This document shows positions 21,171-29,049 of a stretch of 64,000 nucleotides of DNA, piece by piece. The notes beneath the pieces are model-generated. The model was given only the letters and a program-made list of their open reading frames with translations, was not told the origin of the DNA and made no database searches. How positions within the stretch are numbered: position 1 is the first letter of the stretch; the number at the start of each line of letters is the position of its first letter. The stretch is from an uncultured Gemmatimonadaceae bacterium (GTDB taxonomy: Bacteria > Gemmatimonadota > Gemmatimonadetes > Gemmatimonadales > Gemmatimonadaceae): positions 416,001-480,000 of the forward strand of contig CAWGJO010000020.1 of NCBI GenBank assembly GCA_963822945.1, given 5' to 3'. Position numbers and translations under genes: made by a program.

Positions 21171-21341
21171 ATGACCGCACCGCACGACGCACACGAGTCC
21201 CACGCCGGCGACATGAAGGCCGGCTTTCTCGGACTGATCATCGGCGCCATCTGCGTGTTCGTGATCCTCTTCTCCATCGTGAAGATCACGCACAACCACT
21301 ACGCCAACGAGAAGCCCGCCGCCGCGCAGAAGGCCGGGTAA
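21171..21341 (+). CDS. Small single-TM protein (56 aa)
   Basis: AGGAG RBS; MTAPHDAHESHAGDMKAGFLGLIIGAICVFVILFSIV... Confidence 0.7.
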   Translation: MTAPHDAHESHAGDMKAGFLGLIIGAICVFVILFSIVKITHNHYANEKPAAAQKAG

Positions 21342-21431
21342 GCGCTGCCCGGCCGGGTTGGACGACCGGCCGGCGGCAACCCGCATCGCCGGCCGGCCGG
21401 GCCTGGCGACCGACCAAGCATCAACGGATGG

Positions 21432-21590
21432 AACTGCAATAGCACGGACCAGGCGGATGACGCGGATACTTCGCGATGCGGGCCCCAGTGGGAACGACTA
21501 AGCTGGGGCCCCTTTCATTTCCTTCATCTTGCCCCGCAGCGGTGTCCGCGCTATTCGCGTCCTCCGCGTTCATCTGCTGTTCGAGCAGTT
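21432..21590. repeat. MITE/REP-like element with imperfect terminal inverted repeats built of 9-mers
   Basis: aactgc...gcagtt ends; cgcggatga-type units on both arms; internal ggccccag/ctggggcc hairpin. Confidence 0.5.
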
Positions 21591-21723
21591 GGAACTCCTC
21601 CCGATCAAGGCCCCACCTCCGGCACTGGAGTTCGCCGCCGGGCCCCATGTGCACGCCTAACGAATCGGGCGCCGACCGGTCCATATTACGGACGTCTTCC
21701 GAACCCGAGCCCAGACCCGAACC

Positions 21724-22323
21724 ATGTCCGATCTGCCGACCCGCGAATCCGCGCTTGCCCTCATGCACGAGTACACGGCGAGCGATTCCCTTCGTAAACA
21801 CATGCTTGCGGTGGAGGCGTCCATGCGGGCCTACGCCGTCAAGTTCGGCGAAGACCCGGAGCGCTGGGGGCTGACCGGCCTCATCCACGATTTCGACTAC
21901 GAGCGCTTCCCCAACGCCGCCCACTCGGCCACCGAGGAGCACCCCGCGCACGGCGTGGGCGTGCTCCGGGAGAAGGGCTGGCCCGAGGACATCCTCCAGG
22001 CAATCCTCGGCCACGCCGATTACTGTCACGTGCCGCGCGAGACGCGGATGGCAAAGGCCTTGTTCGCCGTGGATGAACTCACGGGACTGATCACGGCCAC
22101 CGCGCTGGTGAAGCCGACGAAGAGCGTTCACGACGTGGAAGCGCGATCGGTGCGAAAGAAGATGAAGGACAAGGCGTTCGCGCGGGGGGTGAGCCGTGAG
22201 GACGTGCAACTGGGCGCGCAGGAACTGGGCGTGGAGCTGGACGATCACATCCAGTTCGTGATCGGTGCCATGCGCGGGGTGGCGCCCGAACTGGGGCTGG
22301 CCGGCCCCCCGGCCAGCTCCTGA
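21724..22323 (+). CDS. HD-domain (HDIG-type) phosphohydrolase
   Basis: LRKHMLAVE, GLIHDFDYE, AILGH, LFAVDELTG, KDKAFARGV. Confidence 0.88.
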   Translation: MSDLPTRESALALMHEYTASDSLRKHMLAVEASMRAYAVKFGEDPERWGLTGLIHDFDYERFPNAAHSATEEHPAHGVGVLREKGWPEDILQAILGHADYCHVPRETRMAKALFAVDELTGLITATALVKPTKSVHDVEARSVRKKMKDKAFARGVSREDVQLGAQELGVELDDHIQFVIGAMRGVAPELGLAGPPASS

Positions 22324-22330
22324 CCGATGT

Positions 22331-22357
22331 TCAACGCCCACTTGGCGGCCCGCGTAC
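22331..22357 (+). promoter_or_regulatory. Candidate ECF autoregulatory promoter
   Basis: tcAAC-N17-CGTac, 27 nt upstream of the ECF start codon. Confidence 0.55.
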
Positions 22358-22384
22358 ATCGGGGTGAACAGCGAAGGGACGCCA

Positions 22385-22975
22385 ATGACCGTTGCAATCG
22401 CTCCGGTAGTGCCGCAGGTGAGGGTGCCGGTGGCTGACGTGGATCGTCCGGAGCGTGAGTTCGTGCTGGCGGCCCAACGCGGCGACCAGGATGCGTTTGC
22501 GGCCTTGGTGCGCATGCACGAACGCCGGGCGTATGCGGTCACGCGGGCCATCGTGGTGACGCACGAGGATGCGGAAGACGCGGTGCAGGAGGGATTCCTG
22601 CATGCGTACCGTGCGCTGGACCGGTTTCTGCCGGACCAGCCGTTCGGGGCCTGGCTGTATCGGATCATGGCGAATTCGGCGCTGGACCTGGTGCGGCGCC
22701 GGAAGGTCCGCGATGCCGATGAATTGACGGAGATGGTCGCGATGCCGTTTCGCGACCCGGGGGAGTCGGACGAACTGCGGACGCGCCTGTCCGAAGCGAT
22801 CGGCCACCTCACGGAACGACAGCGGTCGGTGATCGTGATGCACGATGTGGAGGGGTTCACGCACGGCGAGATCGGCAACATGCTCGGCATTCCCGAGGGG
22901 ACGGCCCGATCGGACCTGCACCATGCCCGGGCAACGTTGCGCGGGCTTCTGAAAGACGTACGGAGTGACCTATGA
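22385..22975 (+). CDS. ECF RNA polymerase sigma-70 factor
   Basis: DAEDAVQEGF, FGAWLYRI, region 4 EIGNMLGIPEGTARSDLHHAR. Confidence 0.93.
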   Translation: MTVAIAPVVPQVRVPVADVDRPEREFVLAAQRGDQDAFAALVRMHERRAYAVTRAIVVTHEDAEDAVQEGFLHAYRALDRFLPDQPFGAWLYRIMANSALDLVRRRKVRDADELTEMVAMPFRDPGESDELRTRLSEAIGHLTERQRSVIVMHDVEGFTHGEIGNMLGIPEGTARSDLHHARATLRGLLKDVRSDL

Positions 22976-23334
22976 GCGACCTGCGACTGGTACACGACGA
23001 CGACGACGTCACGCGCGGTCTGCGCGCGATGTACGCCGCCCCGAGTGACGAGGCGTACTGGAGCGAGCTCGAAGCGCGGATCATGCATCGCATCTCCACG
23101 GTGGAGTTGGGATGGTGGTCGGAGTTGGATTCGTGGACCCGCCCGGCGCTGCTCGCCGCGGCGGCGCTCATCCTCGCCTGCAGTGCGGCGCTCTTCCGCG
23201 CCCACGAGGTCGAACAGGCCACCGCGTACGAAGCGCTGCTGGCGCCCGTACCCGGCCCCACCGAGGCCGTGGCGCGTCCCATGCTCCAGGACCAGCGCGA
23301 TGGCACCGTGCGCTACGTCCTGTCCCACGACTGA
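22972..23334 (+). CDS. Putative single-TM anti-sigma factor
   Basis: Coupled to ECF gene; YWSELEARIM followed by TM helix. Confidence 0.65.
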   Translation: MSDLRLVHDDDDVTRGLRAMYAAPSDEAYWSELEARIMHRISTVELGWWSELDSWTRPALLAAAALILACSAALFRAHEVEQATAYEALLAPVPGPTEAVARPMLQDQRDGTVRYVLSHD

Positions 23335-23340
23335 GGACCG

Positions 23341-23778
23341 GTGAACATGGAACGGCCTAAACGGCAGGCGCTCTTCTTCCTGCTCGGTGCGGTCCTCGTG
23401 GGTGGCGTGCTCGGCTTCTCAGCCGACCGCGTCATCCAGCGGCGCCCGCACACGTGGGCCGAGCGCACCACCATGTACGACGACATCGGACTCTCGTCCA
23501 CGCAGCGCGCCGCCGCCGACTCCATCTGGGACAACACCAACTGCGCCATGGAGCAGGTGTATCGTCCGGTGCGGCCCGTGCTGGATTCCATCCGCACGGC
23601 CAGTTGGCGGCAGTTCCGCGCCCTGCTCTCGCCGAACCAGCTCGCCCGGCTCCAGGCTCGGCTCCAGGCGGACTCCGTTCGCCGGGCCCGCGCCGATTCC
23701 ACCCGCCGTGCGCACGGTGACTCCACCGGGCGCCACGGCCGATCATCAAATTCGAGACAGGACGCCTGTAAACGATGA
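23341..23778 (+). CDS. Membrane-anchored periplasmic helical protein, Spy/CpxP-like
   Basis: N-terminal TM; IGLSSTQRAA and LLSPNQLAR resemble LTxxQ motifs. Confidence 0.6.
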   Translation: MNMERPKRQALFFLLGAVLVGGVLGFSADRVIQRRPHTWAERTTMYDDIGLSSTQRAAADSIWDNTNCAMEQVYRPVRPVLDSIRTASWRQFRALLSPNQLARLQARLQADSVRRARADSTRRAHGDSTGRHGRSSNSRQDACKR

Positions 23779-25076
23779 AGAAGTTCCTGCTTCTGGCGGC
23801 GTTGCCCGCCGCGTTGGCGGCGCAACAGCCCGCCGTAGATTCGCTGCACCCCATCACCCTCAAGGAAGCCATCGCCCTGGCGCAGCAGAACGCGCCCTCT
23901 GCCGTGGCCGCCGAGGGACAGATCAAGACCGCCAACTCGTCGGTCACGTCCGCCTACGCGGCGTTCATTCCGAGCCTCAACTGGTCCATGAGCCAGCGGC
24001 AGTCGAGCGGTCCGCGCCTGGGACAGGACGGCACGATCATTCAGTACCTCAATCCGTGGTCGTTCAGCGACGGCCTGAACAGCAGCCTCACCCTGTTCGA
24101 CGGCGGGCGCCGGTTTGCCGACCTCCGCACCGCCAAGGCCAGCGTGAAGTCCGCCGAGGCGAATGAGGTGGCGCAGAAGTTCAGCATCGCCCTCAACGTG
24201 AAGACGCAGTACTACAACGTCCTCGCCGCCGAGGAATCCGAATCCGCCGCACGGGCGCAGCTCGAGCAGGCGCAGGAGCAGCTCAAGGTATCCGTGGCCA
24301 AGGTCACGGCCGGTGCCGCCACGCGTTCGGACTCGCTCCGCTCGGCCATCCAGGTGAGCAACGCGCGGCTGGCGCTGCTGAACGCCCAGAACAACCGGAC
24401 CGTGGCCAGCGCCGCCCTCACCCGGCTGGTGGCCACGCCGTACCTGGTGACGGCCACGGCTTCGGATACGCTCGACCAGAGCATCGCGCCCGTGGACAGT
24501 GCCCTGCTCTCGCACCTCGCCGCGCAGGCGCCGAGCATCCGAGCCGCCCAGGCCTCGCTGACCACGGCCAAGGCCGCCTACTCCGCGAGCAAGGCCTCGT
24601 ACCTGCCCACGATCAACGTGTCGTACGGGCGCAGCGGCAGCGGCTACGACAAGTACTGGGGCATCGGCGGCGGCCGGTTGAGCTACAGCAAGAGCCTCTC
24701 ATTCTCGCTGAACTTCCCCATCTTCGACAACTGGTCTCGCGAGAGCCAGTCGGTGAGCGCCGCCGTCCAGGTCCGGAACGCCGACGCCTCCCTCCGCGAC
24801 GCCGAGCTCGCCGCCCAGCAGAGCATCGTGCAGTACTACACCAGCCTCCAGACGCTGGAAGAGCAGATCAAGATCCAGCAGCAGACCATCGCCGCCGCCG
24901 AGGAAGACCTCCGGGTCCAGCAGCAGCGGTACGCCGTTGGCGCCTCGACCCTGCTCGACGTCCTGACGTCGCAGACCGCGCTCAACCAGGCGCGCGTGCA
25001 ACTCATCCAGTACCGGCTGAACTACCGGACCACCAAGGCCCAGATCGAGCAGCTCATCGGTCGGGACCTGGAGTAA
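23775..25076 (+). CDS. TolC family outer membrane protein
   Basis: Signal peptide, ITLKEAIALA, two OEP repeats, RYAVGASTLLDV. Confidence 0.9.
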   Translation: MKKFLLLAALPAALAAQQPAVDSLHPITLKEAIALAQQNAPSAVAAEGQIKTANSSVTSAYAAFIPSLNWSMSQRQSSGPRLGQDGTIIQYLNPWSFSDGLNSSLTLFDGGRRFADLRTAKASVKSAEANEVAQKFSIALNVKTQYYNVLAAEESESAARAQLEQAQEQLKVSVAKVTAGAATRSDSLRSAIQVSNARLALLNAQNNRTVASAALTRLVATPYLVTATASDTLDQSIAPVDSALLSHLAAQAPSIRAAQASLTTAKAAYSASKASYLPTINVSYGRSGSGYDKYWGIGGGRLSYSKSLSFSLNFPIFDNWSRESQSVSAAVQVRNADASLRDAELAAQQSIVQYYTSLQTLEEQIKIQQQTIAAAEEDLRVQQQRYAVGASTLLDVLTSQTALNQARVQLIQYRLNYRTTKAQIEQLIGRDLE

Positions 25077-25102
25077 CCGACCCGGACACCCGGTTCGACC
25101 GG

Positions 25103-25146
25103 AAACGCTGGCCGGCCTCTTCAACGGGCCGGCCAGCGTTTTCTTC
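25103..25146 (+). terminator. Intrinsic terminator between tolC and adaptor gene
   Basis: aaacgctggccggcc / ggccggccagcgttt stem with T-rich tail. Confidence 0.65.
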
Positions 25147-25201
25147 AGGCCCTCCGTACTAGGGCTAGCTGTCTCAGATAACCGACTCGAGGAATGGGTT
25201 C

Positions 25202-26905
25202 GTGAAACAGATTGCCCCCCTGATCGCCCTCACGCTCCTTGCCGCTTGCAGCACCGGAAAGAACAAGCTTTCCGTCGTGCAGACGCAGACGGTCCAGCGG
25301 CGCGACATCATCGTGACGTCCGAAGCCAACGGCGCCATCGAACCGATCGTCGTGGTGGAGGTGCGTTCCAAAGCCTCCGGCATGATCACCGACATGCCTG
25401 TGGAAACGGGCACCTACGTGAAGCCGGGCGCGCTCCTCGCCCAGATCGACACGCAGACCGTGCAGAAGCAGTACCGCCAGGCGGCGGCCGACCTCAATTC
25501 GGCCCAGGCCCAGCTCGAAGTCGCCACCGCGCAGAAGAAGCGCAGCGACGAGATGCTGGCCGCCAAGGTGATCACGCCGCAGGAGAACGAGCAGGCACGG
25601 CTCACCTACGAGAGCGCGCAAGCCTCGGTGGTTCGCCAACAGGCCAACCTCGACATCGCGGCTCAGGCGCTGGCCGACGCGACGGTGCGCGCCGTCACCA
25701 ACGGCACGATCATCGAGAAGGACGTCCAGGTCGGGCAGATCATCCAGTCGTCCACCAATTCGGTGAGCGGCGGCACCACGCTGCTCAAGATGGCCGACCT
25801 CACGCACGTGCGGATGCGCGCCTACTTCAACGAAACGGACATCGGAAACATCCGCGCCAACGAGCCGGCCACGGTCACCGTCGACGCGTTTCCCGACCGC
25901 CGGTTCGAGGGCAAGGTGGAGAAGATCGAGCCCCAGGCCGTCGTCCAGCAGGGCGTGACGATGTTCCCCGTGCTCGTGAACCTCGAGAACTTCGACGGCG
26001 CACTGCGCCCCGGCATGAACGGTGAGGTCTCGGCGCTCGTCGACCAGCGTGTCGGCGTCATCGCCGTGCCGAACGACGCCCTCAAGACCACCCGTGAAGG
26101 CGTCACGGTGGCTTCGATGCTCGGCCTCAACCCCGACAGCGTGCAGGCACAGATCCGCGCCCAGATGGGCGCCGGATTCGGCGGCGCGGGTGGGCGGCGC
26201 GGCGGCGGACGCCGGGGCGGCAATGGCAGCCCCCGGGGCGCGGTCGGCAACGGGCCCGACGTGACCACCGCCGCCGGCGACGTGGCGCTCGACCCACAGC
26301 AGGCCCAGCAGCAGGGCGGACGCCGCGGCGGCTTCCAGCAGGTCGAGGTTACCGACAAGGACTGCGCCGCCATCGAGGCGGCGTACAAGAAGTTCCCCAA
26401 GGAGAAGAAACAGCTCGACGACCTGTCGGCCAAGATGCGCGACCCCGACGCCGACCGTCGTGCGATCATGACCCAGATGGAGCCGCTGTACGCGACCATG
26501 GGCATCGACCGCGCCAAGGCCGGCGCCTGCCGGCGGCGTGCGATGCAGGCGCAGGGCGGCGCCGGGACGGCAGGGGGCGCCGGCACCACGACGGGCCGGC
26601 AGGGCAGCCAGCCCACGGGCGGCCGCTCCGGCCTCAACGTGGGCGCGGCCGAACAGGGCATGACCGTCCGCCCCCGCACCGGCCTCGTCTTCGTGGCCGA
26701 CAGCAACGTCTACAAGCCACGCGTGGTCATGCTCGGCCAGAGCAACTTCGACTACACCGAAGTGCTCAGCGGGCTGAAGGAAGGCGAGCAGGTCGTGATG
26801 CTCAACGTGCTCGCCATCCAGGCGGCACGGGCACAGCAGCAGGACCGCTTCCGCCAGGTGCAGTCCTCGCCGCTGGGCGGCGGGGCGCGCGGGCGCGGCC
26901 GTTAG
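25202..26905 (+). CDS. MacA-like efflux membrane fusion lipoprotein with large C-terminal insertion
   Basis: LLAAC lipobox, VEVRSKASG, ETDIG, LRPGM, VLSGLKEGEQV. Confidence 0.88.
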   Translation: MKQIAPLIALTLLAACSTGKNKLSVVQTQTVQRRDIIVTSEANGAIEPIVVVEVRSKASGMITDMPVETGTYVKPGALLAQIDTQTVQKQYRQAAADLNSAQAQLEVATAQKKRSDEMLAAKVITPQENEQARLTYESAQASVVRQQANLDIAAQALADATVRAVTNGTIIEKDVQVGQIIQSSTNSVSGGTTLLKMADLTHVRMRAYFNETDIGNIRANEPATVTVDAFPDRRFEGKVEKIEPQAVVQQGVTMFPVLVNLENFDGALRPGMNGEVSALVDQRVGVIAVPNDALKTTREGVTVASMLGLNPDSVQAQIRAQMGAGFGGAGGRRGGGRRGGNGSPRGAVGNGPDVTTAAGDVALDPQQAQQQGGRRGGFQQVEVTDKDCAAIEAAYKKFPKEKKQLDDLSAKMRDPDADRRAIMTQMEPLYATMGIDRAKAGACRRRAMQAQGGAGTAGGAGTTTGRQGSQPTGGRSGLNVGAAEQGMTVRPRTGLVFVADSNVYKPRVVMLGQSNFDYTEVLSGLKEGEQVVMLNVLAIQAARAQQQDRFRQVQSSPLGGGARGRGR

Positions 26906-26921
26906 GCACGGGCGAGGACAT

Positions 26922-28148
26922 ATGCTCTTCGGCGAAATCATCAGCGTCGCGCTCAGTGCGCTGCGCGCCAACAAGCTGCGTTCGCTGCTCACGATGCTCG
27001 GCATCGTCATCGGCGTGGCCGCCGTCATCGCCATGGTGGCGCTGGGCAGCGGCGCGCAGCAGGCCGTGAAGGATCGGATCGCGTCGCTGGGCACCACGCT
27101 GCTCAGCGTCAGCCCGGGCCAGCAGCGCGGGTTCGGCGCCGCCATCGGCGGTCAACGAAAGCGCATGACCATCGAGGACGCGAAGTCGCTGGACGACGCC
27201 AACCGGCTCCCCGACGTGATCGCCGTGGAACCGGAGATGCAGAAGAGTTCCCAGGTCACCTGGACCAACCAGAACACCAACACGTCGATCATCGGCACCA
27301 CGGCCAACTACCTGACGGTACGCAACTACAAGCTGGCGTCGGGCCGCATGTTCACCGAGGCCGAGGATGCCGGACAGCGCCGGGTCGCCGTCGTGGGACC
27401 CACCGTGGCCGCGAACTTCGGCCTATCCACGCCGGACGCGCTCGTCGGTGAGGACATTCGCATCGGCGGGGTGCAGTTCACCGTCATCGGGACCACCGAG
27501 CCCAAGGGACAGGGCAGCACGTTCGGCGATCCCGACGATCAGATCCTGATCCCGATCACCACCGGCCGGTACCGCGTGTTCGGCAGCAACTGGGTGCGCT
27601 CCATCAACGTGCTCGCGTCCACCGAGGACAACATCCCGCTGGCGATGGCCGAGATCCAGAAGGCGCTACGCCGCGCGCATCGGCTGCGCGCCGACGCACC
27701 CGACGACTTCCAGATCCGCAGTCAGACCGATTTCCTCACCACCACCGCCGAGACGACGCAGGTATTCACGTATCTGCTGGCCGGCATCGCGGGCGTGAGC
27801 CTGCTGGTGGGCGGCATCGGCATCATGAACATCATGCTGGTCTCGGTCACCGAGCGCACCCGCGAGATCGGGATCCGCAAGGCGCTCGGCGCCACGCGTT
27901 CGAACATCCTGCTCCAGTTCCTCATCGAAGCGGTCGTGCTGTGCTGCCTTGGGGGGGTAGTCGGCATCGCGCTCGGCGCGGGCGGCGCACAGATCCTGAG
28001 CAAGACCGCCGGGTGGAACACACAGATCTCGTTCTCGGCCGTGGGCATCGCGTTCGGATTCTCGGCGGTGGTCGGCGTGCTCTTCGGCGTCTGGCCGGCC
28101 CGGCGGGCCTCGGTGCTCGATCCGATCGTGGCGTTGAGGTACGAATAG
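26922..28148 (+). CDS. MacB/FtsX-type ABC permease (no NBD)
   Basis: RSLLTMLGIVIG, GGIGIMNIMLVSVTERTREIGIRKALGA, ALRYE. Confidence 0.92.
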   Translation: MLFGEIISVALSALRANKLRSLLTMLGIVIGVAAVIAMVALGSGAQQAVKDRIASLGTTLLSVSPGQQRGFGAAIGGQRKRMTIEDAKSLDDANRLPDVIAVEPEMQKSSQVTWTNQNTNTSIIGTTANYLTVRNYKLASGRMFTEAEDAGQRRVAVVGPTVAANFGLSTPDALVGEDIRIGGVQFTVIGTTEPKGQGSTFGDPDDQILIPITTGRYRVFGSNWVRSINVLASTEDNIPLAMAEIQKALRRAHRLRADAPDDFQIRSQTDFLTTTAETTQVFTYLLAGIAGVSLLVGGIGIMNIMLVSVTERTREIGIRKALGATRSNILLQFLIEAVVLCCLGGVVGIALGAGGAQILSKTAGWNTQISFSAVGIAFGFSAVVGVLFGVWPARRASVLDPIVALRYE

Positions 28149-28150
28149 GC

Positions 28151-28220
28151 CAGTCAGCAGTCGGAGGTCAGCAGTCAGCAACGGAAGAGCCCTCGGCCAG
28201 AAGCCGGGGGCTCTTTCTTC
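28151..28220 (+). terminator. CAGTCAG heptamer repeats followed by intrinsic terminator
   Basis: cagtcag cagtcgg aggtcag cagtcag; stem aagagccctcggc / gccgggggctctt with T tail. Confidence 0.65.
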
Positions 28221-28269
28221 GGTTCATCCAATTACCGACGACTGTGGACAGTTGACTCTCGACCAACCG

Positions 28270-28331
28270 TTGACAAGATGTATCGCACGATATATCGTCC
28301 TCCACGTAACGATATATCTCTGCTATATCGC
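28270..28331 (+). promoter_or_regulatory. Sigma70 promoter with repeated GATATATCG operator boxes
   Basis: TTGACA-N17-TATCGT; palindrome ACGATATATCGT over the -10; four related boxes. Confidence 0.75.
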
Positions 28332-28346
28332 AGACGGAGGTGATCC

Positions 28347-28925
28347 ATGTACGACGACCGTTGCGGCGGACCTCGTCGCGCCCGCTGGGACTGGGATTCG
28401 TTCGCCGGTGGTTTCTGGGGGCGTGGAGGGCCACGGGGAAGGCATTCCCGCGGACGGATGGGCAGGATGTTCGAGCAGGGAGACCTGAAATACGTCATTC
28501 TCCAGCTGATCGACGAAAAGCCGCGCCATGGCTACGACATCATCAAGGCATTAGAGGAGCGGTCGCACGGCGCGTACTCGCCAAGCCCGGGAACCGTCTA
28601 CCCGACCCTCACCATGCTCGAAGAGATGGGCTACGCGCGCGGCACGGCGGAGGACGGGGGGAAGAAGGTCTACGAGATTACGGCCGAGGGAAAGAAGTAC
28701 CTGGAGGAGAACGCCAGCACCGTGGAATCCATCTTCGAACGGATCTCCGAAACGGTGGAGCCGTTCTTCAGCAGCTCGATGGGGGAGGTGCGCGGCGCCA
28801 TGCGTCACCTGGCTCGCAGCAGCCTGGGCACGGCCATGAAGCACGCCGAAAACAAGGAGATCCTTGGCAAGGTTGCCGAGATTCTGAATCGGGCGGCCAC
28901 GGAGATCGATGGGATCACCGGGTAG
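28347..28925 (+). CDS. PadR family transcriptional regulator (YqjI-like)
   Basis: RMFEQGDLK, PRHGYDIIK, YSPSPGTVYPTL, KKVYEIT. Confidence 0.92.
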   Translation: MYDDRCGGPRRARWDWDSFAGGFWGRGGPRGRHSRGRMGRMFEQGDLKYVILQLIDEKPRHGYDIIKALEERSHGAYSPSPGTVYPTLTMLEEMGYARGTAEDGGKKVYEITAEGKKYLEENASTVESIFERISETVEPFFSSSMGEVRGAMRHLARSSLGTAMKHAENKEILGKVAEILNRAATEIDGITG

Positions 28926-28963
28926 CGCGCTGGACGGGCCCTGAGGGGGTGCTAGATTGAAGG

Positions 28964-28998
28964 ACGGGCCGCGAACCCTTCGCGGCCCGTTTCTTTTT
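28964..28998 (+). terminator. Intrinsic terminator
   Basis: acgggccgcgaa-ccc-ttcgcggcccgt followed by ttcttttt. Confidence 0.8.
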
Positions 28999-29049
28999 GG
29001 CGGGGGGCGGGCCGGTGTTCCGCCGCCCCCGGAATTCAACTGTCTTTCC

